From the NCBI GenBank assembly GCA_035221665.1, contig CM069144.1, positions 35,650,001 through 35,714,000 of the forward strand: a stretch of DNA of 64,000 nucleotides, written 5' to 3'. The translations under genes were made by a program, and so were the position numbers. Source of the DNA: Okamejei kenojei. Its lineage: Eukaryota. This document shows, one piece after another, positions 39,700 to 52,381 of this stretch (the first letter of the stretch is position 1; every line of letters starts with the position of its first letter). Below the pieces are notes generated by a model. That model ran no database searches, was not told where the DNA came from, and saw nothing but the letters and a program-made list of their open reading frames with translations.

Positions 39700-41340
39700 A
39701 CTGGAGGACAGAGGAAATTTTCATTAGGTGAGAAATAGTATTGGGTAGGCTAATGGGACTGAAGGATGATAAATCCCCTGGGCCTGATGGTCTGCATCCC
39801 AGGGTCCTCAGGGAGGTGGCTCTAGAAATAGTGGACGCATTGGTGATCATTTTCCAATGTTCAATAGATTCAGGATCAGTTCCTGTGGATTGGAGGATAG
39901 CTAATGTTATCCCACTTTTCAAGAAAGGAGCGAGAGAGAAAACGGGGAATTACAGACCAGTTAGCCTGACTTCGGTGGTGGGAAAGATGCTGGAGTCAAT
40001 TATTAAAGAGGTAATAATGGGGCATTTGGATAGCAGTAAAAGGATTAGTCCAAGCCAACATGGATTTATGAAAGGGAAATCATGCTTGACTAATCTTCTG
40101 GAATTTTTTGAGGATGTGACAAGTGAAATGGATGAAGGGGTGCCAGTGGATGTAGTGTAGTCTTCCAGAAAGCCTTTGATACGGGAGACTGGTGACTAAA
40201 ATGAGAGCACATGGTATTGACATGGTATTGAGGGTGTTGACATGGATAGAAAATTGGTTGGCAGACCGGAAGCAACGAGTAGGAGTGAACGGGTCTTTTC
40301 AGAATGGCAGGCAGTGGTGAGTGGAGTGCCGCAAGGCTCAGTGTTGGGGCCGCAACTGTTTACCATACATATTAATGATTTGGAAAAGGGAATTAGGAGC
40401 AACATTAGCAAGTTTGCGGATGACACAAAGCTGGGTGGCAGTGTGAACTGTGAAGAGGATGTTAGGAGGTTGCAGGGGGACCTGGACAGGTTGAGTGAGT
40501 GGGCAGATGCGTGGCAGATGCAGTATAATATAGATAAATGTCAGGTTATCCACTTTGGCAGCAAAATCAAGGGGGCAGATTATTATCTCAATGGGATGAG
40601 ATTAGGTAAGGGGGAGGTACAGCGAGACCTGGGTGTCCTTGTACAACGGTCACTGAAAGTTGGTGTGCAGGTACAGCAGGCAGTGAAGAAAGCTAATGGA
40701 ATGTTGGCCTTCATAACAAGAGGATTTCAGTGTAGGAGTAAAGAGGTTCTTCTGCAGTTATATAGGGCTCTGGTGAGACCACATCTGGAGTATTGCATAC
40801 AGTTTTGGTCTCCTAATTTGAGGAAGGACATCCTTGTGATTGAGGTAGTGCAGCGTAGGTTCACGAGACTGATCCCTGGGATGGCGGGACTCTCATATGA
40901 GGAAAGATTGAAAAGACTAGGCTTGTATTCACTGGAGTTTAGAAGGATAAGGGGGGATCTTATAGAAACATATAAAATTATAAAAGGATTGGACAAGCTA
41001 GATGCAGGAAAAATGTTCCCAATGTTGGGTGAGTCCAGAACCAGGGGCCACAGTCTTAGAATAAAGGGGATGTCATTTAAGAAAAAACTTTTTTACCCAG
41101 AGAGTTGTGGATTTATGGAATTCCCTGCCACAGAGGGCAGTGGAGGCTAAATCACTGGATGGATTTAAGAGAGAGTTAGATAGAGCTCTAGGGGCTAGTG
41201 AAGTCAAGGGATATGGGGAGAAGGCAGGCACGGGTTATTGATAGCAGACGATCGGCCATGATCACAATGAATGGCAATGTTGGCTCGAAGGGCCGAATGC
41301 CCTCCTCATGCACCTATTTTCTATCTATGTTTCTATGTAT
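39700..41340 (+). mobile_element. 5'-truncated, relatively young CR1 LINE nested in a SINE
   Basis: ORFs 39741-40160 and 40242-41150 with KSPGPDGLHPRVL, GNYRPVSLTS, GVPQGSVLGP, KFADDTKL, LYRALVRPHLEYC; TTCTATGT-type tail; SINE halves at about 39510-39690 and 41341-41460. Confidence 0.95.
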
Positions 41341-43279
41341 CTGGAAGAAACCCATGGGGTCACAGGATGTGCATGCAAACTCCACACCCAGCATCCAAGG
41401 TTGTGATTGAACCCAGTTGTCTGGCACTGTGATGCAGCAGGTCTACCAGCTTCACCACACACAATGCTGCTGCCTTTTATGCTACCATCTGTTGTCTAAG
41501 AGCAATCTACAGCGCATGAATTATGCTTGATCTAATGGAGTAACTCATTTAATACCATTTCTACTGAACAACAGTGGGATAGACCAACTCCAGCATATCA
41601 CATTGCTAGTTGCACAGAATGTACGTTCGGATTTGACCATCTGGTCAATAGCGTCACAAATAGAAAATGATTCGGTGCACATTAGAGTCCAGATGATCAG
41701 TGGATTGATTAGTGCCCACTTCATTCAGTTTTCTGTGCCACTGTTATTTAGAAAGACTTTAAGGAAGACTCGTTTGACTGTGGCTAGTTATAGCCAAGGC
41801 TCTTCATACTATTTTATCTGCAATGTATTGGGCAGTGAATAACAAAGCCCTTGCAACTACAAGGATGCTTACACCAATTTCTAGTAGTATCTTGAAAGAG
41901 TATTTTCTCTCATCTAGAAATGAAGCAAAAAAAATATGGTCTTCGCAATGTTGCACATCACCCAAGAAAAAAATAAACAAAAGATATCCATTAAACCAAT
42001 ACAGATAGGACTAACTCACTGAGCACTTGAACAAGACCCTGACACAAAACTTATTCCATCAATGGAGTGGTCCAAAACACTCACTGACTTGTGCATTACC
42101 TGGACTTATGCATTATCAATGCCTATCCTTTGCCCCAGTTTAGTCTTCAGAAGTTTGACCTCTGAACCAATGTAAAAGCACAGTCAATTTTATTCGGAAC
42201 TTGTTAGTCCTGTTAGTATTTTGTGTTATGGTGTTTCCTTGTGGTGAGTGTGTCTTGACTCCTAATCTGCAGTTTTGAGTGGAAGAAACTAGTGGCTGGT
42301 TGATGGGACTTAACAGAAACCATCAGAAGCTCAAGAATGTCTTGCATAATTGGTACTGGATCCTTCTATACTATTGAAATTACTTTTCGCTCTGTTTTTG
42401 GCACTTAGATGGTTCTGATCCATATCTTAGACAAGTAGGTTTAAAAGCAAATTTTCTCGAGGATCAAAACACCAGGGTCTGCCTGGAAATAGTCTGTTCT
42501 CCTTATCTATGCCGCCCTTTGATTTTATGGATCTCGACAAGGTCACCCATCAGCCTCTTGTGCTCAAGATAAAAAGTGGTTAAAGCGGTTAGCAAACAGG
42601 GACTTCAGCAGGCCTTAGCTGACAGAGGGCAAGTGTTTGGCAAAACATTTGTCTATTTCACTTGGGTAGCCTAAAACCAAAAGATATGAGCATTGAATTC
42701 TCCAATTTCAAGCAATAACCCCTTGTCCCTCATTCTGTCTCCTGCCCTGGGGTGCATACATTTCTCCAACCATCTCCCATCAACTTAGGCACTCTGCTCC
42801 TTTCCCCTCCTCCAATCATCTCCCATCCCCAAGTCCCATATTTTCCTTTTTGCCCCCTCTTTCCCCTCCCCTTATCTCCTTCCACCATTATTCCTCTCTC
42901 TGTATTTGCTCCTCCTTCTTTTCTTATCAGATACCCTTTATCTCACTTTCACCTCTAGCCTTTGTTAACTATTCCAACCATCTGCTAATCACCCCCCTCA
43001 CCTATATCCACATATCATTTGCTAGGTTTTACCCCACCCCCACATTTTCCATCTTCCCCCCCCTACACCATCAATCCGAAGTAGGGTCCTGATCCAAAAC
43101 ATCATCTGTCAATTCCCTCCAGATATGGCCTAAGTTCTTCCAGCAGTTTGATTTTAATTTAAATGTATTACTTTGTAGTTCTCTAAATTGAATTACATCT
43201 ACCATTTCATGATCCTCCTTCAGGTTTAATCACTTGCCTAAGTTTTGTGTAGTTTGCAGATTTATACGATACAAAACTA

Positions 43280-44350
43280 TGTGGAACGTGGTGTCAGCAT
43301 CCACCTCTGCAACTGGATCCTAGACTTCCTGACCAACTGACCACAATCAGTGAGGATGTAACAAATCATCCTCTGGGATAATTTTCACAAGTCCCCACAA
43401 TGGTGCGTTCTCAGCCCCCTTCTTTACTCCTTATACACTCATACCCTTATACCGTTCTTTACTCCTTATACACTCAAGACTGTAACCAAATAACAATCCA
43501 ACTCAATTTACAAATTTGCAGACAACATCACCATAAGGGGCTGGATATCATGTAACGATGAGATATAGTACAGACAGGAGATTGAGAACCTTGTAACTTG
43601 GTGCCAAGGGAACAATCTCTCCCTCAATGTCAGCAAGACAAAGGAGATTGTGATTGACTTCAGGAAGCGACGCAGCACACCCACCCTGGTATACATTGAT
43701 GGCGCCAAAGTAGAGATGGTCGAAAGCTTCATGTTCCTAGGAATAAATATTACCAGCAATTTGTCCTGGATCGGCCACATTGAAGATATAGCCAAGAAAC
43801 ATATCAAAGCTTCTACCTCCTTAAAATACGTAGGAGGTCCGCCCCAGCAACCTTGATCAATTTCTACAGATGTGCCGTAGAAAGCAATTTATTGGAATGC
43901 ATCACAGCCTAGTTTAAGAACAGTTCCATCCAAGACAGCTAGAAATTGCAGAGTTGTGGATGTAGCCCAGACTATCATGCAAACCAACTTCCCTTCCATT
44001 GACTCTATCTACACTTCACAATGCCTTGGCATGGCTACCGGCATAATCAAGGACCAGTTTTACCCTGCTCACTTCCTCTTCTTCACTCTCCCATCAGGCG
44101 AGAGGTACAGAGGTGTGAAAAAATATACCTTCAGACTCGGGGACCGTCCTCTCATCAGCTAGAATGTGGTCCTTGCCTCTCATCTATCTTAGTGTAGACA
44201 TTTGAACCATCTTTAATGGACAGTGCACAGTCCGTTATCTGTGCACTGTGGATGGCTCGACTGTAATCATTTATAGTCTTTATCCTGTCTGGATAGCACC
44301 CAAACGTTTTTTACTGTACCACGATACACATGACAATAATAAACAAAACT
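43280..44350 (+). mobile_element. Rex1/Babar-like LINE 3' fragment
   Basis: LCNWILDFLTN, KFADNITI and SKTKEIVIDFRKR...VESFMFLGINITSNLSW motifs. Confidence 0.8.
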
Positions 44351-45269
44351 AAACATCTCCGCCCAAGACATTTGCAAATGTGAGTAAGTTCTGCATGATC
44401 TTGGACAATTCAGACAAAATTGTGAAAAAATAACATCCATATTTTGTTAAATGCAGAAATCTTTAATGTTTATTTTTGGAGCAAGGGACTTTGTTGATTT
44501 ATGAATGTAAAATAAATTGAGATGACATGAGGATATTGGCAGTAAAATGGTGTACAGGTAGAAGATCAACAAGATCTTGTGAAATATCCTACTCCTATTA
44601 CTTATATGCAAAATGTTATCCTGTTAAGTATCCTGTTATGTCAAGAGTAGATTCAGTTTGGCACAAATAATTTCTATGCGATTTTTTTGAAAACTCTCCT
44701 GATTTTCAAATATGTGGCCTGATTTCCATTTCCATTATAAATAAGACATTGGTCTTAAAACCTTATGTTCTGCTGTAACTTGCTTTCCAGAGAGCTCTGG
44801 CTTTGGCTGGCTAATCTTTCCCTTGGCGGGTGTGTACCTAGGAAATATTCAAATCGTCGAGGTTGTCCATAGTTTAATTATTATTTTGCCTGACAGTTTT
44901 GCCCTGTAGGAGATGAATTATTCTGTGCTGTGAGATTCTTCTGTAATGTGCAGTGCCATAGTTCCCAGGCTACACATTACACCAAATGGTAAATATTTTT
45001 CTTCAGATTTGTGCTGACTCCGGTAGCGCAGGAGAGCATTACTGTAGACTTCATTTTATAATGGTGTTTTGCACGAATGTCTTGCTGTTATTACGCAGTC
45101 TTTTTTCTTTTAACTGTCTTGCAGACTTTTATGTGTAATTTATGTATAATTTATGTTTTTGTGTATTCTCTATGAGCATGTGATGCTGTTGCAAACACGA
45201 TTTTTATTGTGCCTGTACATTGTGTATAAGATAATAATCTTGACTTATTTTATATTATTACTGACAACA

Positions 45270-46180
45270 TAGAACATTGAACGTACAGCACAAAAATAGG
45301 CTCTTTGGTCCATAATATCTGTGAAGAACATAATGCCAAGATAGACTAACTTCATCTGCTTACACATGATCCATACCCTTCCATTTCCTGCATGTCCATC
45401 TGTCTATCTAAAAATCTCTTAAACACCTCTATCGTATCTGCCTCCACTACCATCCCTGGCATGGATGGTGGTAGAGGTAGCCACCAGCTCCTGTGTTGGA
45501 AAAAAAAACAACCCTGCACATCTTATTAAAACGTTTCCCCCCTCACCTTAAAATTATGCCCTCCAGTCTGACATTTCCACCCTGGGGAAAGATTCTGTCA
45601 CCCCTGTCTATGCCTTTCATAATTTAATATACTGTACTTCTATCAGGTCTCCCCTCAACCTCTGCTGTTCAAGAGAAAACAATCCAAATTTGTCCAACCT
45701 CTGCTTGCAGCTAATACCCCTAATCCAGGCAGCATTCTGGTAAACCTCTTCTACACCCTCTCCAAAGCCTCCCCATCATTCTTGTAATGGGACAACCAGA
45801 CCCCATCCAATACTCCAAATTGACTCAACCAAGGTCTTATAGATTCGCATCATGACTACCTGACTCTTATACTCAATGCTCCAATCAATGATGGTGAGCA
45901 TATAATGTGCCTTCTTTACCTGTCTACGTGTTACCACCTTTGGGAAGCTATGGACCTGGCCTCCAAATTCCCTCTTCACATCAATGCTGTCAACCATATA
46001 TCTTCCCCTTGCATTCAACCACCCAAAGTGCAACACTTCACAATTGCTCAGATTAAACTCCATCTGCCATTTCTCTGCCCATTTCTGTAGTTGATCTATA
46101 TCTTGCTGTATACTTCCACAGCCTTCCTCACTGTGTGCAACTTCTGCAAACTTACTAACTAACCCACCTACATTTATTTA
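45270..46180 (-). mobile_element. Old CR1 fragment
   Basis: MEFNLSNCEVLHFG...IEYKSQVVMMRIYKTLV. Confidence 0.75.
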
Positions 46181-46764
46181 CATACATATATTGAACACAT
46201 ATATTTATAGGGATTCCAGGCTTTCATTCATTTGTTCTATATCTCTCTATATCACTGTCCATATATCTTGTTTCCCTTTCCCCTGACACTCGGTCTGAAG
46301 AAAGGTCTCAACCTGAAACGTCCTTTTTTAGCTATTTAACTTTTTTTAAATTTTCATCTGCTGCACGGGGTGACCTGCATTTGACAAGTTTAAACCATAA
46401 TCACTACCATACTATAGATAGACACAAAATGCTGGAGTAACTCCATGGGACAGGCAGCATCTCTGGATAAAAGGAATGAGTGACTTTTCACATCGAGACT
46501 CTTCTTCAGACAGGTCTTGGCCCGCAACATCACCCATTCCTTCTATCCAGAAATGCTGCCTGTCCCGCTGAGTTACTCCTGCATTTTGTGTCCATCTTTG
46601 GTCTAAACCAGCATCTACAGTTCCTTCCTACAACATCAATACCCTACTTGTGTCACTCTGTCTCTTGATCACCTTGGTAATTTATAACATGTTGGAGTTC
46701 CATTTCTCTCTCCATGAGTGCAATCTGGCAATAATTTCAGCATTATCTGTTACATTATCTGTTA

Positions 46765-47860
46765 ACTTAGTCCCCCTGGTCCTCGCCTTCCACCCCATCA
46801 GCCATCGGTTCAGCACATAATCCTCCGACATTATCGCCACCTCCAATGGGATCCCACCACTAGTCACATCTTCCCATCTCCAGCCCTTTCCGCTTTCCAC
46901 AGACACCGTTCCCTCCGCATCTCCCTGGTTAACTCGTTCCTTCCCACCCAAACCATCCCCTCCCCAGGTACTTTCCCCTGCAACTGCAGGAGATGCAACA
47001 CTGTGGTCGACAATGTAAGCCGATGAACTACCTCCAGAAAGGTTTCTTTTGCTTTCATGTTATTAGTATACCTCCCCCCCGACTCTGTTCAAGTCTTTTC
47101 AGGTGAGGCAGAGGATTCACTTGCACTTCCTCCAACCTCATCTACTATATCCACTGTTCCAGGTGTGGACTCCTATATATTGGCGAGACCAAGCGCAGGC
47201 TCGTCGATCATGTTGCTGAACACCTCCGCTCAGTCCTTCTAAACCTACCTGATCTCCCGCTTGCTAAACACTTTAACTCCCCTTCCCATTCCTACACTGA
47301 CCTTTCTGTCCTGGGCCTCCTCCATTGTCAGAGTGAGACCCAGCGCTAATTGGAGGAACAGCACATCATATTTCGTTTGGCAGCTTATACCCCAATGGTA
47401 TGAACATTGTCATCTCTAACTTCAAGTAACCCTTGTTTTCCCCCTCTTTCCATCCCTCCCCAGTTCTCTGACCAGTCTGACTGTCCCGAGTACATTTTAT
47501 CTCAAATTGCTTTGTTTGTTACCTTCTCCCAGCCAACAATGATCTATTCTGAAGAAGGGTCTCGACCCGAAACGTCGCCCATCTCCTTCGCTCCTTAGAT
47601 GCTGCTGCACCCGCTGAGTTTCTCCAGCTTTTTGTGTACCAATGATCTATTCTACATTGCCCTTGAACTACATTGTCCTGTTTTCACACCTTACACTTCC
47701 TTATCTATGTATCTCCTTCTCCCCTGACATCAGTCTGATAAGAGTCTCGACCCGAAATATCACCCATTCCTTCTCTCCAGATATGCTGCCTGTCCCGCTG
47801 AGTTACTCCATCATTTTGTTCCTATCTTCGGTTAAACCAGCATCTGCAGTTCCTTCCGAC
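46765..47860 (+). mobile_element. Penelope-like 3' fragment and pLTR with two internal insertions
   Basis: PLVLAFHP..SHIFPSP and GIY-YIG YIGETKRRL remnants followed by pLTR; insertions at 47002-47070 and 47551-47639. Confidence 0.8.
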
Positions 47861-50440
47861 ACTAGACCTTCTGATCACGTGTTAAAATTGAGATTTTACA
47901 AGTGCAATGTGAAGTGCTCCAAGATTAGATGTTGTATTCCCTCTTTTTACTTCTAACTTGTCAAAAACTTGTGGTCGACAATGTAAGCTGATGAACTACC
48001 TCCAGAAAGGTTTCTTTTGCTTTCATGTTATTAGTATAATTTTTTAATGGAATGTGGTTATTTAAATTGTTGTTAATTACTGATTAGAAGGGGAATATTA
48101 AATGGAATGTCAGACATTGCAGTCAAAACATTTTACTGCAAATACCATTCCAGTTTATGTCCATTAAATTGAGGTTGTTAATGTTGAGCGGTAATGGCTG
48201 TATCTGTTCAGCCATCCACCCTGGACAATGTCTCATTAAAGAGAATAACAGCATAGGAGTCTGTAATTTGAGCAGTGAGTGAAAGAGATGTGAGCAATGC
48301 ATTCCTAGCCTTCAGGTGCAGGAGCTATTAATTTACTATCATCCGAAGGACAGTGATCCAGGTTTCTGTTGTGAATTTCATGATATCAACATGATGAATA
48401 GGATTTTACAAACAATTGAAATGTAAGTTCTGGCTAATATTTGTGGTTCTATTTAGTTATTTTTAAAGAGTCAAAGCAGGGAACACTCTGGTGTTACATC
48501 GTGCAGTTTAAACTGATTTTATATTGGTGCTCCAGAGATTCTTGTCATATTCAAAGACATAAAGTATCCTTAATTGCGCAGTACATGTGGGCCAGATGAA
48601 TGATGAATTTATATTGTGATCTACACGTCCCTTACATGGACCTTCTGAGACAGCAGAACCAAAAGATGCTGCATGTGAAGATGGTGGTGGAGGGAGGTGG
48701 GGGGGGGGGGGGGGGGGGGGGGTGCAAGTAGGATGGTTGTAAAATTCAAAACTAATCTGCAAAATCAATATTTCTGTTGCCCTCCATAGGACGATGTCTA
48801 TGTTTCACAAAAGATATATTTGTAAAAGTTAAAATATAATAACTCAACTGGGAGGGTGGTTACCTAGTGCTGTATAACAATCAATTTAGTGTGCATTTCC
48901 TCTCAGTGAAACACGTGCTTTTACTGACATTGTTGCTCTGTTTATTCCACCTCAGTTCAGATTTCTTGCAACTGGCTTGTACAGAGAAAACCTAGTAGAA
49001 GAAATTTGAACTGATACAATAATAGAAAATGCTGTAAACATTCGGCAGAACATGCAGCCTGAGCTCTTGAATATGTCTAGCATTTTCTGCTTTCATTGCA
49101 GATTTCCATCATCTGCAGCTTATTGACTTTTATTTCTTGAGCTGATTATCATTTGTAGACAAATTTAATTGCAAATTAATTTCTAAAAAAAGGATAATGT
49201 GAACTATTCAAAACAAGAACTTTACTCATTGTTCCTTTGTCACGTTTTCATTTCAGTTTGTTGAATACATCCTAATAAAATCTGAGAAAATTATTTATTA
49301 TATTCATTAGGAAGGTTTTTAAGGTTTTATTGAAGAGGTCTTCTGGGGATAGAATTTTCTTGTATTTATAAAAGCATAGGCTTTGTAGGGATAGTCAACA
49401 TGGCTTAATGTGGAGGAAGTTGTGACTTACGAATGTGGTCGAGTTTTTTGAGCAGATGATAAAAATGAATAATGTAGGGCATTGGATGGTGTCTACATGG
49501 ATTTTAGTTCTTTAAAATAAACTCGTGGAATATTTTGTATTCATCCGAGAAAACAGACCTGATCAAACGTGGGCAGCACAGTTGCTCATTGAACTACTGC
49601 CTCAAAGCTCAGCGACCTAAGTTCGATAGTTGACCTCCTGTCTGTGTGGAGATTGCTGTCCTTGTGAGCTCTGGTTTTCGTCCAGGTGCCCTTTTTTTCC
49701 ACAAGCTTAATCAGTTAATAAGTGGCCATTGTAAATGCCCTGAATGTAGATGAGGGGTTGGGGGCAATTCATTGAAAGGACAGGTTACTTGGAAAATTAT
49801 TGGGGGAATGGGTTGTAATGTGAGCTGGCATCATCTTAAATGAGCTGAGTGGCCTTCATCTATGTTGCGTGGAAATCTGGATATGGCGTAGATAGTGCAG
49901 CATTGGAGTGTTAGTTTGGATTATGTAGTTCTAACCATCTGACTCAAACAGGAATGTGACCGCTGACTGTTATTGAATAATACATCAATGGAGCTCTTAC
50001 ATCAATCTACCCAGTATCTGCTAAACTCTAAATTCTGTGCCCTTGACAAGAGTTAAAATATGGTTCACTAGCCAAAGTGAAGTACAAGTAGTATTATACC
50101 AAAAAAGCAATTTCATTGTCCATTTCCAAGTGCTTAGAAGGCCTTAAAAAACAACTGTGGAGCTACCTTTGGTGCCTAAAGTGCCTGGATAGGCACTTTA
50201 GGTTCCCTTTGAAAGATGTTAAAGCATCAGCTGAATTCTTGCAACATTTTGCTTATGGTAATGTTCTTTCTCATGAATCCACAATCTGCCATGGTGGGTT
50301 CTCCTGCATCATAATCATTCTGCCTGGGAATTAAGAAGATGCGCACTTTGATAGTAATTAGGATATTGCAAACTTCAAATAATTTATGGCATGTGATAGA
50401 CGATATGCAAAACATTTATGTTATTATGTGCAACCTATTG

Positions 50441-51487
50441 TAGGTATGTTACAAAACTTACTATTAGCGCCACTGCAGTTCTGCCACTAGTGCGCGACTT
50501 TGGCGCCTTTGAGAGGGGGGGGGGGGGGTGGTTAAAATGCCATTTTTCTCTAGACCATTCAAATCAATTAATCTCAGGGGATTTAGTTGCTGAAGAGAAA
50601 TCGCTCCGACATTTGTTTTTTGTGGAGGTTTTTTTTAAATACGCTGAATAATGTATTAGCATGAGTAATTTAAAAATCATCTTCGAAAGCCGTGAAGGCC
50701 GACAACGGGACGGATCTTACGTAGGGGACAAAAGAAGGTACTCAGTTTATTTTTACATTAAAACGTGCTTCTTAGGAAGCTTTTAATCAAAATTTCACGT
50801 TGCGAAAAGGTGACTTAAAAAATATACGAATCGGCAGTATTTTTCCTGCCGACCGGGGGTTAAATTCACCGCAAACCGCAACGTTCCAAACTATCGCGTT
50901 CCACAAAAACCCACTCACAAGTTGATTTAAATGGCCATTAATTTACGGGAATGAAACACTAAATTCCCTCAATTTGGCCTATAAATTCATGACAATGAGA
51001 TTTAAAAATCAAGTATATTGTGAATTCTTGTGTGAATGTTATTTGGACACTTAGGTTTTTAAAAAAAATGTTAACCTTTTCTTAAGAAATGGATAGATGT
51101 TTAGATCTAGTATTTGAATTTTGTAATTAGCTACAATTAGGTAACTAACTAATTATATGCTTTAATTTCAGATCATCCAAGTAAGATTGTTTCACATTTG
51201 TTTCAGAATGCTTCAATCTATAATAACTGAAAATTTCATTCAGTTCTCTTAATTATTAAGAAAGTTATGGGCTTTTGACTGTCCTTGATCACAGCTTTTG
51301 TGTTAAGTCAATGGAAAAGCAATAGGGATAAAATGCTAATTTCTGAGTATGAAAATGACCATAACTTTTTTAATACTGAAGATATGAAAGTGAATTAGGT
51401 GTCAAATTAAACTTCTTTTTATGCTTTATCTGATGGGATAAATTGCAGACTTGATTTTTTAAATCTCAAAATGTTGTAACATTGCTA
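50441..51487. mobile_element. Non-autonomous DNA transposon (hAT-like termini)
   Basis: TIRs TAGGTATGTTACAA / TTGTAACATTGCTA; flanking direct repeat CCTATTG; no ORF. Confidence 0.75.
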
Positions 51488-51841
51488 CCTATTGCCCAAA
51501 GATAATTCAACAGTTCTCACATTCTCATATCACAGCATATGTTGGTGGTGTATATATCTCATCCATCTGTTTCTGTGTAGCTAATGCATTTCTTTATTTT
51601 CTGCCTGTGTGCTATTTTACTTTTGTTCATTTCTAATTGTTTATTCCTTTTATCATGGGTGATGAATCATAGGAGAGATCAATCAATCAATCAGTTGTAT
51701 TCATTACATACACATATAAGTGCAGTGAAATGAATCTGGCAAATGCAAAACAAAATAAAGGTGACACCAACCACTTATCCGATGTTTCCAGCTAGATTTC
51801 ACCTCATCTCACACTTCACTAGTAGCATATGTTGTGCATTC

Positions 51842-52381
51842 GTTCTGCGTGCCCCGTATCCCACTATTCCGCGTGCCCTGTACCCCACTGTTCCGCGTGC
51901 CGTGGTCCACTATTCCGCGTGCCCTGTACCCCGGTGTTCTGCGTGCCCCGTATCCCACTATTGGTCCACTGTTCCACGCCCTGTACCCCGGTGTTCTGCG
52001 TGCCCCGTATCCCACTATTCCGCGTGCCCTGTACCCCGGTGTTCCGCGTGCCGTGGTCCACTATTCCACGTGCCCTGTACCCCGGTGTTCTGCGTGCCCC
52101 GTATCCCACTATTCCACGTGCCCTGTACCCCGGTGTTCTGCGTGCCCCGTATCCCACTATTCCACGTGCCCTGTACCCCGGTGTTCCGTGTGCCCGTGGT
52201 CCACTGTTCCACGTGCCCTGTACCCCGGTGTTCTGCGTGCCCCGTATCCCACTATTCCGCGTGCCCTGTACCCCACTGTTCCGCGTGCCGTGGTCCACTA
52301 TTCCACGTGCCCTGTACCCTGGTGTTCCGCGTGCCCCGCTATTGCAGGTGCCCCATACCCCGCTGTTCCGCGTGCCCCGTG
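51842..52381. repeat. GC-rich minisatellite, 24/22-bp units
   Basis: Units TTCTGCGTGCCCCGTATCCCACTA, TTCCGCGTGCCCTGTACCCCGGTG and TTCCGCGTGCCGTGGTCCACTA. Confidence 0.95.

Noticed and set aside
40242-41150. 302-aa reverse transcriptase ORF as a host or active gene
   Set aside because: Part of a 5'-truncated, frameshifted CR1 lacking the endonuclease and ORF1
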